DNA of 64,000 bases from an uncultured Planctomycetia bacterium (GCA_964406665.1 CAYOSQ010000006.1:23577-87576); one strand, 5' to 3'; positions 50,512 to 59,167 are shown, counted from the first letter of the stretch. The notes: generated by a model from the sequence alone, not told the origin. Numbers and translations: made by a program.

Positions 50512-52152
50512 TTATTTTCCTTCAAGCATAGCCTTTATATCATCGCCAACATTAGTTGTTGGTTTAATATCGAACTTATCCACCAAAACTTTCAGTACAT
50601 TTGGAGATATAAAAGCAGGCAGCGTAGGTCCTAAACGTATTCCTTTTACTCCCAGAAAAAGAAGCGCCAGAAGTACAATTACTGCCTTCTGCTCATACCA
50701 GGCTATGTCAAAAGAAATCGGTAATTCGTTTATATCTTCTAAGCCGAAAACCTCTTTTAATTTTAAAGCAATAACAGCTAACGAATAGCAATCATTACAT
50801 TGACCGGCATCAAGAACTCTAGGAATCCCACCAATATCTCCAAGATCTAACTTGTTGTAGCGGTATTTTGCACATCCTGCTGTTAAGATAACCGTATCTT
50901 TGGGTAATTGTTGAGCAACTTCGGTAAAATAATTTCTTGTAGGATGTCGTCCGTCACATCCTGCCATTACTATAAAACGTTTAATGGCTCCGGATTTTAC
51001 TGCCGCAACTGCTTTGTCTGCTAAAGCAAGTACTTGGTTATGCGCAAATCCACCGACAATCTCACCCTTTTCAATTTCTTGCGGCGGTGGACATGTTTTT
51101 GCTAAAGCAATTATCTCTGAGAAATCTTTCTCTTCTGTGCCTTTCCTATCAGAAATATGCTTAACACCCGGGTAACCTGCCATGCCGGTAGTAAAAAGCC
51201 TATCTTTATAAGAATCTTGTACTGGAGTAATACAGTTTGTTGTCATTAGAATCGGACCGTTAAATGATGTAAACTCTTTACCCTGTTGCCACCAACCATT
51301 ACCATAATTGCCCACAAAATGCTCATATTTCTTAAGGGCAGGATAATAATTCGCAGGGAGCATCTCGCAATGCGTATAAATATCTACCCCTGAACCTTGT
51401 GTTTGTTTTAAAAGTTCCTCTATATCTTTAAGATCGTGTCCGGAAATAAGAATTCCTGGATTGCTACGCACGCCGATATTAACTTTGGTAATTTCGGGAT
51501 TGCCGAAAGACTTAGTGTTCGCTTCATCTAGAAGTGCCATAGCAGCAACTGCTGTTTCTCCGGCTTTTAGAACAAGAGCAACCATCTCATCAACAGAGAG
51601 ATCTTTTGTTGTAGAAGCTAAGGCTTCGATTATAAACTTATAAATCTCGTCTTTCTGAAATCCCAATATGGCAGCATGGTCTGTATAGGCTGCCAGACCT
51701 TTTAATCCATAAATAAGTAATTCACGTAAAGAACGCACGTCCTCATTTTCAGTTGAAAGCACTCCTACCTGCTTTGCCTTTTCCTGAAATTCAGCTACTC
51801 CAGAAGCTGTCCATAAAGCAGCATCATGAAGCGTCTCGTCTAAAGAAAGACCGCTTTTTTCTTTTAATTTATCTCGAATAACCAAACCTTCCTGTATTAA
51901 AGCAATAAATCTTTCGTCGTCAAAATTGGCATTTGTAATTGTAGCAAAAAGTGCCTGCGTAAGAAATAACCCAACATTGTTTTTCTTTAAATCCTCTTCT
52001 TTAGCTTTTTCAGCAAAAATAGCAATTCCCTTTAAAACATACACAAGCAAATCCTGCAAATTGGCTGTTTGTTCTTTTTTCCCACATGCTCCATTTACAG
52101 TACACCCTGTGTTTTTTATTGTTTCCTGACATTGATAACAAAACATCTTCAT
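50512..52152 (-). CDS. hcp: hydroxylamine reductase / hybrid cluster protein
   Basis: 546 aa; N-terminal MFCYQCQET Cys motif and conserved hybrid-cluster ligands. Confidence 0.9.
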   Translation of the reverse strand: MKMFCYQCQETIKNTGCTVNGACGKKEQTANLQDLLVYVLKGIAIFAEKAKEEDLKKNNVGLFLTQALFATITNANFDDERFIALIQEGLVIRDKLKEKSGLSLDETLHDAALWTASGVAEFQEKAKQVGVLSTENEDVRSLRELLIYGLKGLAAYTDHAAILGFQKDEIYKFIIEALASTTKDLSVDEMVALVLKAGETAVAAMALLDEANTKSFGNPEITKVNIGVRSNPGILISGHDLKDIEELLKQTQGSGVDIYTHCEMLPANYYPALKKYEHFVGNYGNGWWQQGKEFTSFNGPILMTTNCITPVQDSYKDRLFTTGMAGYPGVKHISDRKGTEEKDFSEIIALAKTCPPPQEIEKGEIVGGFAHNQVLALADKAVAAVKSGAIKRFIVMAGCDGRHPTRNYFTEVAQQLPKDTVILTAGCAKYRYNKLDLGDIGGIPRVLDAGQCNDCYSLAVIALKLKEVFGLEDINELPISFDIAWYEQKAVIVLLALLFLGVKGIRLGPTLPAFISPNVLKVLVDKFDIKPTTNVGDDIKAMLEGK

Positions 52153-52194
52153 AACTACACTACCCCTCTCTGCGTTTCCAAAGAAAATTATTTC

Positions 52195-52920
52195 TTAATC
52201 TGACAAATAAATCTTCTCTGCTGTTTCTCTTCCCTTTTTAGTAAGAAAAACCTTGTTAATAATTTCTTTTAACTTATTTTTGTCACTTAAATCTACTTCG
52301 TCTTTCAAATTAACTAACCAATCCGCATCATATAAAATCTTAAAATTTAAGGTATCAACCTTACCTGGTGTATGATGATGAGCAATTATTTCACAGATCT
52401 CATCTATATCTTTTACCTGCAATCCGTTTTTTAGCAGTATTTTTTTAGCAATAGCCGGGCCTTCTTTTTCCTGACAATGCCCTGAGTTGGAACCACACTT
52501 CTCTTCTGCTTTTTTTATTCCTACATCATGCAAGATACTCGCTGGAACAACAATGTGCCAATCTCCACCTTCATGCTTTAGAATCTCTTCTGCAAACTGC
52601 AATACGCGCTTTGCGTGGTTTATTCTTTTTTCGTCACTGCCAAAATAATCTTCTAAATCTTTCAAGAGTTTCTTTTTTATGGTTTCCCCTTTATCCTGCA
52701 TATACTCATCAAATGTTTTTTGTCCCACACAGTCCTTGGCGTATCTGCACCAATCAACACATGAAGGCATAACCTCTCTAACCACTTCTGCTTTACACTG
52801 CGGACACTTGCGCTTTATTTCATCTGAGAAAAATTCTATTTCCTCGCCGCAATTTTGGCATTTAATAGCATCTATCTTAAGATTTCTTTTTTCCTGTCCT
52901 GGACAACCAAAACTTGTCAT
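52195..52920 (-). CDS. HD-domain phosphohydrolase with N-terminal Cys4 zinc ribbon
   Basis: 241 aa; CQNCG...CPQCK ribbon, then H...HD...H pattern (HAKRVL, ILHDVG, AHHH). Confidence 0.6.
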   Translation of the reverse strand: MTSFGCPGQEKRNLKIDAIKCQNCGEEIEFFSDEIKRKCPQCKAEVVREVMPSCVDWCRYAKDCVGQKTFDEYMQDKGETIKKKLLKDLEDYFGSDEKRINHAKRVLQFAEEILKHEGGDWHIVVPASILHDVGIKKAEEKCGSNSGHCQEKEGPAIAKKILLKNGLQVKDIDEICEIIAHHHTPGKVDTLNFKILYDADWLVNLKDEVDLSDKNKLKEIINKVFLTKKGRETAEKIYLSD

Positions 52921-53750
52921 AACCTCTGTCCTTTTATGCTTATAGTTATTGTTTCAAACGGAACATCTTTACCAGATTCGGCAATCGCTGTTTTAATAAT
53001 ATTTACCAGACCAAAACAACAAGGTACTTCCATATTCACATAAGTAATAGACTTTAAGTCATTGTTCTGTAAAATCTGCAGGGTTTTTTCCTTATATATA
53101 GTTACATCATCAAGCTTAGGACAGCCGACTAATAATACCTTGCCTTTAAGAAAATCATTATGGAAATCAGGATATGCAAAAGGAACACAGTCAGCCGCAA
53201 TCAATAAATCAGCGTTCTTTAGATATGGCGCAAATGGAGGAACTAACATAGTTTGAACCGGCCATTGTCTTAACTGTGAAGAAGTCTTAGATACAGGCTT
53301 AGATTCCTTCTCATCTTCCTTATCTTTTGTCAAATCCACTACTTGGGATCCCGGACAAGCACAGGGAAGCGGCCCAGATGCTGATGAAATAACATCAAAT
53401 GGTATTTCTAAACCCTTCTCTTTCAAAACTTCAACAGCCTGTTTTAATAATTCTTGCTCGCCGTGTTCTTTTAGATGTTTAAGATGAGCCTTGATCACGT
53501 TCTTGCCTTGTTTGATAATATTCTCCATTACCTTCTTTTCATCGTAAGGCTCAGCCTCTCTTTCCTCAACCTCAATCGCCCCTTCAGGACAGTGACCAAT
53601 GCAAGCACCTAAGCCGTCGCAAAAAAGATCACTTATAAGCCTTGCTTTTCCGTCGATTATCTGCAAAGCCCCTTCTGGGCAGTTTGGGATACAAAGACTG
53701 CAGCCGTTACACTTATTTTCATCAATTTTTATTATTTTTCTCTTAGCCAT
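52917..53750 (-). CDS. 4Fe-4S dicluster ferredoxin-domain protein
   Basis: 277 aa; two CxxCxxCxxxCP motifs (CNGCSLCIPNCP; CDGLGACIGHCP) plus Cys-containing C-terminal domain. Confidence 0.65.
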   Translation of the reverse strand: MAKRKIIKIDENKCNGCSLCIPNCPEGALQIIDGKARLISDLFCDGLGACIGHCPEGAIEVEEREAEPYDEKKVMENIIKQGKNVIKAHLKHLKEHGEQELLKQAVEVLKEKGLEIPFDVISSASGPLPCACPGSQVVDLTKDKEDEKESKPVSKTSSQLRQWPVQTMLVPPFAPYLKNADLLIAADCVPFAYPDFHNDFLKGKVLLVGCPKLDDVTIYKEKTLQILQNNDLKSITYVNMEVPCCFGLVNIIKTAIAESGKDVPFETITISIKGQRL

Positions 53751-53762
53751 TTTTATTCCTCC

Positions 53763-54161
53763 TTATTTCAACACAGAAGCCAAGCTTACAGATTTAAATT
53801 CTTCGATAGTAAGACGTTCGATTTCATCAATTCTCTTTTTTATCCTGCATGTTTTTATCTTAGGACACTTCTTTTTCTTAAACATATGATCATTAAACAC
53901 TATAGGACCCTGGAATATCTCAATTATATCTAATAAAACTATCTTCTTCGGATCTCCCGTAAATGAAAAACCGCCGCCTTTTCCCTTATATGATTTTATG
54001 ATTCCGTTTTTATTTAATATTTGTAATATTTTTCTTAAAAATGGCTTAGGTACTTTACTTTCAATAACCAGCTTATCCACCGATAATATCTCATCGCGGT
54101 TAGCTGCTAAAATACATAGCGCTCTAAAAGCATAATCTGCATCTCTGGTAATAAGTTTCAT
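53763..54161 (-). CDS. Rrf2-family transcriptional regulator (NsrR/IscR-like)
   Basis: Typical Rrf2 N-terminus MKLITRDADYAFRALCILA with wHTH; start at internal Met with AAGGAG upstream; ORF-track start 54254 is a GTG extension. Confidence 0.75.
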   Translation of the reverse strand: MKLITRDADYAFRALCILAANRDEILSVDKLVIESKVPKPFLRKILQILNKNGIIKSYKGKGGGFSFTGDPKKIVLLDIIEIFQGPIVFNDHMFKKKKCPKIKTCRIKKRIDEIERLTIEEFKSVSLASVLK

Positions 54162-54352
54162 TTGAAATTCATCTCCTTGACAAAAAGTTTTGGGCAGTTT
54201 ACGGTCGTACCCAGGACAACATACCACAGCCCTCTTTACAATGGGCGATAGCACGTAGCTTATATTTCTGCGTCCACATACTAACCTCCTTTTTAAATAT
54301 CATAGAAAACCTCATCTTCTAACCTCTTCCGCAGCTATAAAATATTCCTATA

Positions 54353-54703
54353 TTACTGACCAAAACCAGGCAACTTTTTCTTAACATCTTCTACTGCTGC
54401 CTGTGCCTTTGCTGATAAAGCTTCTTTGGCTTTTTCAATTATGCTTTTTGCTGCCTGTGAATCTTTATCCAGTGAACTTAAAATATACTGAGCTATATCA
54501 ATAGCTTCCTGAAAATCCTCTGATTTATAAAATGCTTCTGCTTGCTTAACCAAATAAGTTACTTTTTCTTCTACTGTTTCTATGCTCTTAGTAGCATCTA
54601 TTGCATCTTTGCTAGATTCTGCCTTTTGAGCACATCCTGTCAAAGCTAATGACATGGCTAAGCCCATAACTAAAACTATAATTAAATTCCTTTTCATGAT
54701 CAT
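54353..54703 (-). CDS. putative lipoprotein (hypothetical)
   Basis: 116 aa; signal peptide with lipobox LTGC. Confidence 0.4.
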   Translation of the reverse strand: MIMKRNLIIVLVMGLAMSLALTGCAQKAESSKDAIDATKSIETVEEKVTYLVKQAEAFYKSEDFQEAIDIAQYILSSLDKDSQAAKSIIEKAKEALSAKAQAAVEDVKKKLPGFGQ

Positions 54704-54717
54704 CCTCCACTATAAAT

Positions 54718-55542
54718 TTATTTTTTAAATTTCTTTTCCTCATATATATGAACGTCCGTTTGAGGAAACGGAATAGTCATTCCCGCATTCTCTAAGGCGA
54801 CTTTACCTTTTTCAAGTGTATCAAAATATACCGCCCAATAATCAGATGGTTTCACCCAAGGACGACAAACTAAATTAACACTGCTGTCACCCAATTCAGA
54901 AATAGCAATTACAGGGGCAGGTATCTCTAAAACACGTTCGTCTTCTGCCACAACCACTTCAAGAGCCTCTTTAGCCTTTTTCATATCATCTTCATATGAA
55001 ATTCCAAAAACTAAATCAATCCTTCTATTTTCAATCCCACTAAAATTAGAAATGTTATCACCGGTAATTTTAGAATTAGGAACTACTATTTTTCTATTGT
55101 CGGGAGCGCTTAGTATAGTATTGAATATCTGAATTTCTTTAACTGTGCCTAATGCACCTCCGGCTTCAATAAATTCACCGACTTTAAATGGTTTAAACAA
55201 AATAAGCATTACACCGGCTGCAAAATTTGCCAGAGAACCCTGCAAGGCTAAGCCAACAGCTAAACCAGCAGCACCTAATACGGCTATGAAAGACGTAGTC
55301 TGCACTCCCAGCTTGTTAAGTGCGGCAATAATCACAAATACTAATAACCCTGCATTAGAAATATTCTTAACAAAGCCTGCTAAAGTCGGGTCAACCTTAG
55401 CTTTTAACATCATGCTTTCAATAAAACGAGAAACCACCCCGGCTACCCACTTACCAATAACGAAAATCAAAATAGCTGCAAGAAAACTTAGACCGTATTG
55501 AGTTAGATAACCATACAAATTATTCAAAACCTCTTCCATCAC
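54718..55542 (-). CDS. mscS: small-conductance mechanosensitive channel
   Basis: 274 aa; three TM helices followed by MscS beta-domain. Confidence 0.8.
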   Translation of the reverse strand: MMEEVLNNLYGYLTQYGLSFLAAILIFVIGKWVAGVVSRFIESMMLKAKVDPTLAGFVKNISNAGLLVFVIIAALNKLGVQTTSFIAVLGAAGLAVGLALQGSLANFAAGVMLILFKPFKVGEFIEAGGALGTVKEIQIFNTILSAPDNRKIVVPNSKITGDNISNFSGIENRRIDLVFGISYEDDMKKAKEALEVVVAEDERVLEIPAPVIAISELGDSSVNLVCRPWVKPSDYWAVYFDTLEKGKVALENAGMTIPFPQTDVHIYEEKKFKK

Positions 55543-55623
55543 TACACCTCCTTTTCAGTAAATGATACCATTATAGTATCATTTGTCAAGTTAAAAAAAT
55601 TATTTTTTTAAGCTAGTTTTTAC

Positions 55624-56061
55624 CTAGGAATGTTGCTGTCTTATCTGACTAATCCATTCTTCGATCTTCTGTTTTATTTCTTCTCTTACTTCTCTAGTTT
55701 CCTGCAATTTTGCATCTTCAGTCCCAGAAAAAAGCGAAGGATTTTTGAAACTCCAATTTTGTCTTTTTGCATTACCGGGGAAAACGGGGCACTGTTGAGA
55801 GCTTGATTCATCACATACAGTAATTACATAATCATATATTCTTTCCTGTTTACAAAAATCAAAAGCGCTTTTGGTTTTATTTTGCGAGATATCGATTCCT
55901 ATTTCTTTCATTACCTGTACGACTAAAGGATTCAATGTCCCCGGCTTCAAACCAGCGCTTTCTGCTTCAAATCTATCAGGAGCACTATCATTTAAAAATG
56001 CCTCAGCCATTTGGCTACGAGCAGAATTGTGGATACAGACAAATAAAACTTTTTTCTTCAT
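55624..56061 (-). CDS. arsC: arsenate reductase-like LMW-PTP family protein (thioredoxin-coupled ArsC type)
   Basis: 145 aa; P-loop CIHNSARS (CX5R) and downstream Cys pair CDESSSQQC. Confidence 0.7.
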   Translation of the reverse strand: MKKKVLFVCIHNSARSQMAEAFLNDSAPDRFEAESAGLKPGTLNPLVVQVMKEIGIDISQNKTKSAFDFCKQERIYDYVITVCDESSSQQCPVFPGNAKRQNWSFKNPSLFSGTEDAKLQETREVREEIKQKIEEWISQIRQQHS

Positions 56062-56155
56062 CTAGGTTCTCCGTAGGCTTATTATTATACCGCAAACTTC
56101 TATAATAGTTAAAAACTTTTTGTAGCCGCTGCAGAGGGCGGGGTGACTACGACAT

Positions 56156-56186
56156 TATCATTTAGCTTCGTACTCTCGCTAAATGA
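56156..56186. repeat. palindromic hairpin element, copy 1 (10-bp perfect stem, 11-nt loop)
   Basis: atcatttagc-ttcgtactctc-gctaaatgat; paired with copy 2 differing by compensatory stem changes. Confidence 0.6.
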
Positions 56187-56193
56187 TTGCTAA

Positions 56194-56222
56194 CTACCCC
56201 GACAAAAAGCAGTCAGGGTGGC
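56194..56222. repeat. 29-nt conserved box, copy 1
   Basis: taccccgacaaaaagcagtcagggtggct; 26/29 identical to copy 2. Confidence 0.6.
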
Positions 56223-56275
56223 TTCCAACTTATAAATTACCTCGCGCTTCACGCTCCATAAGTTGTGTCGTCGTC

Positions 56276-56304
56276 TTACCCCGACAAAAAGCGGTCGGGA
56301 TGGC
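56276..56304. repeat. 29-nt conserved box, copy 2 (contains perfect 6-bp inverted repeat cccgac/gtcggg)
   Basis: taccccgacaaaaagcggtcgggatggct. Confidence 0.6.
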
Positions 56305-56312
56305 TGCGCACT

Positions 56313-56343
56313 TATCACTTAGCTTCGTAATCTCGCTAAGTGA
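56313..56343. repeat. palindromic hairpin element, copy 2
   Basis: atcacttagc-ttcgtaatctc-gctaagtgat; stem position 5 T>C with compensatory A>G versus copy 1. Confidence 0.6.
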
Positions 56344-56441
56344 TGTGCTTGCCAATTTTACAGGCGCCTAGAAAATTCAAGAAGTTGTAGTTAAATTAAC
56401 TACTTGCAATAAGTTACAACTCAATTTTAATAGTAGGTGGC

Positions 56442-56479
56442 AGTCTCCGCTTCCAAGCGGAGACTACCCCTTTTAACCC
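56442..56479 (+). terminator. plus-strand intrinsic-terminator-like hairpin inside the intergenic region
   Basis: 9-bp GC-rich stem agtctccgc/gcggagact with 6-nt loop, followed by accccTTTTaa. Confidence 0.4.
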
Positions 56480-56586
56480 ACACCTTAAATTTTCAGCCTC
56501 AAACAGCAAAATCATTAATATTTTATTCTTTGTCATTGAAATTTGGTTATTGATTATTATTTGTTGCTTGAGATTTGTAATTTTCT

Positions 56587-56600
56587 CGAGTACGTACTCG
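56587..56600. promoter_or_regulatory. perfect 14-bp palindrome CGAGTACGTACTCG (operator-like)
   Basis: Self-complementary; shares a TACGTA core with the palindromes at 58361-58383. Confidence 0.35.
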
Positions 56601-56791
56601 GGTACATACTCTTAAAAACGATTGATTCGTTTCCCCGAAACGTGAAATCAATCGTATGCCAACAGAACTACGCAGTGACTACTGTCTCTCTAAAGTAAAC
56701 TTTAGGGAGCAGTCCCGCGTTTTATGCGGGGCGTAGTCAAAAAAGAATTAAGACAACTCTGGGAATCTGCCTAATATTCCTTTCTTTATAT

Positions 56792-56820
56792 TTGACTTCT
56801 TACCTTAATCATGGTCTAAT
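56792..56820 (+). promoter_or_regulatory. candidate sigma-70-like promoter for the radical SAM gene (TTGACT-N17-TCTAAT)
   Basis: -35 TTGACT at 56792-56797, -10 TCTAAT at 56815-56820, ending 2-8 nt before the GTG/ATG start, so possibly a near-leaderless transcript. Confidence 0.3.
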
Positions 56821-56822
56821 AG

Positions 56823-58271
56823 GTGACTATGAAATATAAACACGCACTTTTTCTCTTTCCTTATATAGAGGGCAATGCAACAAGCACGATGAAACTGTTT
56901 CCGCCCCTAGGCCTTGAATATGTGGCCACCAGCGCAAAGGATTTAGTTGAAAAAATAACGCTCTTAGACCTACGATACGAACCAGAACTCTGCGATAAAA
57001 ATAGTCTCTTAGAATTTGTACGCCAAGAGATTGATATTGTCTGTGTCAACATTACCTGGGATCGTCAGTTTGACGAGATCTGTGATCTTTTAAATGGAAT
57101 ACCGCAAGGGATTCCTGTTATCGTCGGTGGCTACAAAGCAACTGAACGGGCCCAAGAAATACTAGAGCGCTGCCCTACTGTCGCTATGGTTGTGCGCGGC
57201 GAGGGTGAAGAAACCATACGAGATATTTTTCAAAATCATCCACCGGAAAAAATCGAAGGCATTTCCTATAGAAAGAACGGACAGATACAACATAATAAAT
57301 TTCGAGCCTTTCCCGAAGTCGATGCAATAGCAGCACCCGATAGAACCTTACGAAGAAATAAATATCATCTAATTTTAAACGGGGTCCGCACAACCAACGT
57401 AGAGTTTGATTCGGTCTTAAGCGCTCGGGGCTGTCCGTTTAATTGTAAATTTTGTACATTTAATCTCAACCCACTCGGCCAGAAGCGTCCCTATGCCGCG
57501 CGCAACGTTACCTCAGTTGTCGATGAAATAGAAGGACTAACGGCTACCGTCATCCTCTTAGCAGATGACGAATTTTTTGCCAATAAAAAAAGGGCCGAGG
57601 CATTTTGTGACGAGATCATAGCGCGTAAAATCAAAAAGCGGTTTATTGCACAATCACGTATCGATGTGGCCAAACACCCGCAGCTGCTTGGAAAGATGGT
57701 TAAAGCTGGTTTTAAAGCGCTTCTGGTAGGCATCGAATCTCCGACCGATTGGATTTTGAAACAGATGAACAAAGGTTTCGATTCACAAACAATCAGGGAT
57801 GCTTTTAAAGTTCTTAAAAAGTACCCGATTTATTACCACGGATATTTTATTTACGGAAATATCGGTGAGACCGAAGAAGAAATGCTCGTTATTCCTCAAT
57901 TTGCAAAAGAGATAGGCGTTGACGGCATTACGTTTAATAAACTCAGAATAGAAAAATTCTCATCACTAAGAGAACTGGCGGAGAAAACCCCAGGATACCA
58001 CGTTACCGATACCGGTGCTTTGTATTCTGATAAGTATAGCCACGCGGCTTTGAAAAAAATAGGCAGAAGAATGAGATTTTCTTTCTATACGCCTATGAGA
58101 TTTATGAAGATGATAAAACGTGTTTTTGTCGATGCTCACTTCTTTTCTGCAGGTGAACTGGCTTCCTTTGCTTTTAGCATCCCACTAATGCTCATCGCTG
58201 CTTTAAAAAGAGAAAAACAAAAAGGCCGCTTAGGCGACTCCCTCAAACGTATTTTTATAAAAAATAAATAA
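56823..58271 (+). CDS. B12-binding domain radical SAM protein (class B rSAM), function unknown
   Basis: 482 aa; N-terminal cobalamin-binding Rossmann-like region, CxxxCxxC cluster motif (CPFNCKFC), amphipathic/hydrophobic C-terminus. Start either GTG 56823 or ATG 56829. Confidence 0.8.
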   Translation: MTMKYKHALFLFPYIEGNATSTMKLFPPLGLEYVATSAKDLVEKITLLDLRYEPELCDKNSLLEFVRQEIDIVCVNITWDRQFDEICDLLNGIPQGIPVIVGGYKATERAQEILERCPTVAMVVRGEGEETIRDIFQNHPPEKIEGISYRKNGQIQHNKFRAFPEVDAIAAPDRTLRRNKYHLILNGVRTTNVEFDSVLSARGCPFNCKFCTFNLNPLGQKRPYAARNVTSVVDEIEGLTATVILLADDEFFANKKRAEAFCDEIIARKIKKRFIAQSRIDVAKHPQLLGKMVKAGFKALLVGIESPTDWILKQMNKGFDSQTIRDAFKVLKKYPIYYHGYFIYGNIGETEEEMLVIPQFAKEIGVDGITFNKLRIEKFSSLRELAEKTPGYHVTDTGALYSDKYSHAALKKIGRRMRFSFYTPMRFMKMIKRVFVDAHFFSAGELASFAFSIPLMLIAALKREKQKGRLGDSLKRIFIKNK

Positions 58272-58308
58272 AAGTAGCGCAAAGACTAAGAAAATCTAAA
58301 CAAAAGTA

Positions 58309-58338
58309 CTGTCATTTTTGACAGGGCTTTTTGATTTT
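58309..58338 (+). terminator. terminator-like hairpin downstream of the radical SAM gene
   Basis: Short stem ctgtca/tgacag with tttt loop followed by ggcTTTTTgaTTTT. Confidence 0.4.
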
Positions 58339-58360
58339 GGTTACAAAGAGCAAAAAATTT

Positions 58361-58383
58361 GACTACGTAGTGACTACGTAGTC
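58361..58383. promoter_or_regulatory. tandem 10-bp palindromes ACTACGTAGT x2 (operator-like)
   Basis: gACTACGTAGTgACTACGTAGTc, about 80-110 nt upstream of the 154-aa ORF; each unit self-complementary. Confidence 0.4.
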
Positions 58384-58461
58384 GAAAAACAATCGCATCA
58401 CGAGCAAAGCAAATAAGTGTAAAACTCCATAGACTCCTTTCTTGACTAATAAGTTTTAAGG

Positions 58462-58926
58462 GTGTTTAATATGTATATGAATATCCTACTAAAAATATTA
58501 CAACATCATTTATTTGCACCAATCTGCTTAGCATCTATACTTGGTCTAATGCTGTGGAAAACATTTACCGAATGGCGTAGACCTCGTTTAAAAATTGGAA
58601 GATTTGACATTAAAGTTCTTCCAACTAACCCTGTTTTAGACAAGAAACACGAAAAGCGAGTAACTGTTGTTGTGTTTTTTGAAGTTAGAAACAAAAGTTC
58701 TTTAGATAATTCATTAGTAAAAAAGATTTATACACTTGATGGTGCTACTGAACCAATAGAGCGTTCCTCGCATTTAACTGTTAAAGGCAATACTACTGAA
58801 ACAGAGAGTAATTTGTCTGTCCATTTTACCCTGCCAAATGAAGAACCAAAAAACCGTAGGTTCACTATCAAGATTATTGACCATTTCAATAAGAAGCATT
58901 CCGTCAGCAAGTTTCTGAAAATATAA
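58462..58926 (+). CDS. membrane-anchored hypothetical protein
   Basis: 154 aa (ORF-track start is GTG; ATG alternatives at 58471 and 58477); one N-terminal TM helix, beta-rich C-terminal region; no recognised motif. Confidence 0.45.
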   Translation: MFNMYMNILLKILQHHLFAPICLASILGLMLWKTFTEWRRPRLKIGRFDIKVLPTNPVLDKKHEKRVTVVVFFEVRNKSSLDNSLVKKIYTLDGATEPIERSSHLTVKGNTTETESNLSVHFTLPNEEPKNRRFTIKIIDHFNKKHSVSKFLKI

Positions 58927-59040
58927 TATAATTCTCCGAGTATGTTTATATATAGCTAGGGGTGGCTGGGGGGGTTACCGTGGCGTCACCGTGGCGTTTT
59001 AGATAGAAAAACACACCAATTTAGACAAATTCATACAAAT

Positions 59041-59090
59041 ACTCCAACCAACAAAAATCCCCACAACCTTTTGAGTTGTGAGGATTTAAG
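59041..59090 (-). terminator. rho-independent terminator downstream of tRNA-fMet
   Basis: On the minus strand a roughly 13-bp stem (AAAUCCUCACAAC/GUUGUGGGGAUUU) followed by a U-rich tract. Confidence 0.55.

Positions 59091-59167
<77 letters not shown>

Noticed and set aside
56194-56222. Cobalamin riboswitch upstream of the B12-binding radical SAM gene (box 1 contains AGTCAGG, reminiscent of the B12-box start)
   Set aside because: Only a 7-nt partial match; the rest of the B12-box and the other conserved riboswitch segments were not recognised. Left as a general structured-RNA candidate.
56156-56343. Possible CRISPR array suggested by the repeated hairpin elements
   Set aside because: Only two copies, not identical, not regularly spaced (the hairpins and boxes alternate in order), and no cas genes in the window.
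56183-56371. 62-aa plus-strand ORF from the ORF track inside the repeat-rich intergenic region
   Set aside because: It runs across both 29-nt boxes and hairpin copy 2, has no RBS and a low-complexity translation; the region is better explained as structured noncoding DNA.
56062-56822. tmRNA, RNase P RNA, SRP RNA or 6S RNA in the long intergenic region
   Set aside because: No tag-peptide reading frame ending in ALAA-like residues, no tRNA-like 3' end, and none of the conserved RNase P or SRP helix sequences I can recall; cannot be excluded without a covariance-model search.
56062-59090. Classical integrated mobile element (genomic island or prophage remnant) at the tRNA-fMet locus
   Set aside because: No integrase, transposase or recombinase ORF, and no direct repeat of the tRNA 3' end at the far boundary; only compositional and orientation evidence, so reported as an islet of uncertain origin.
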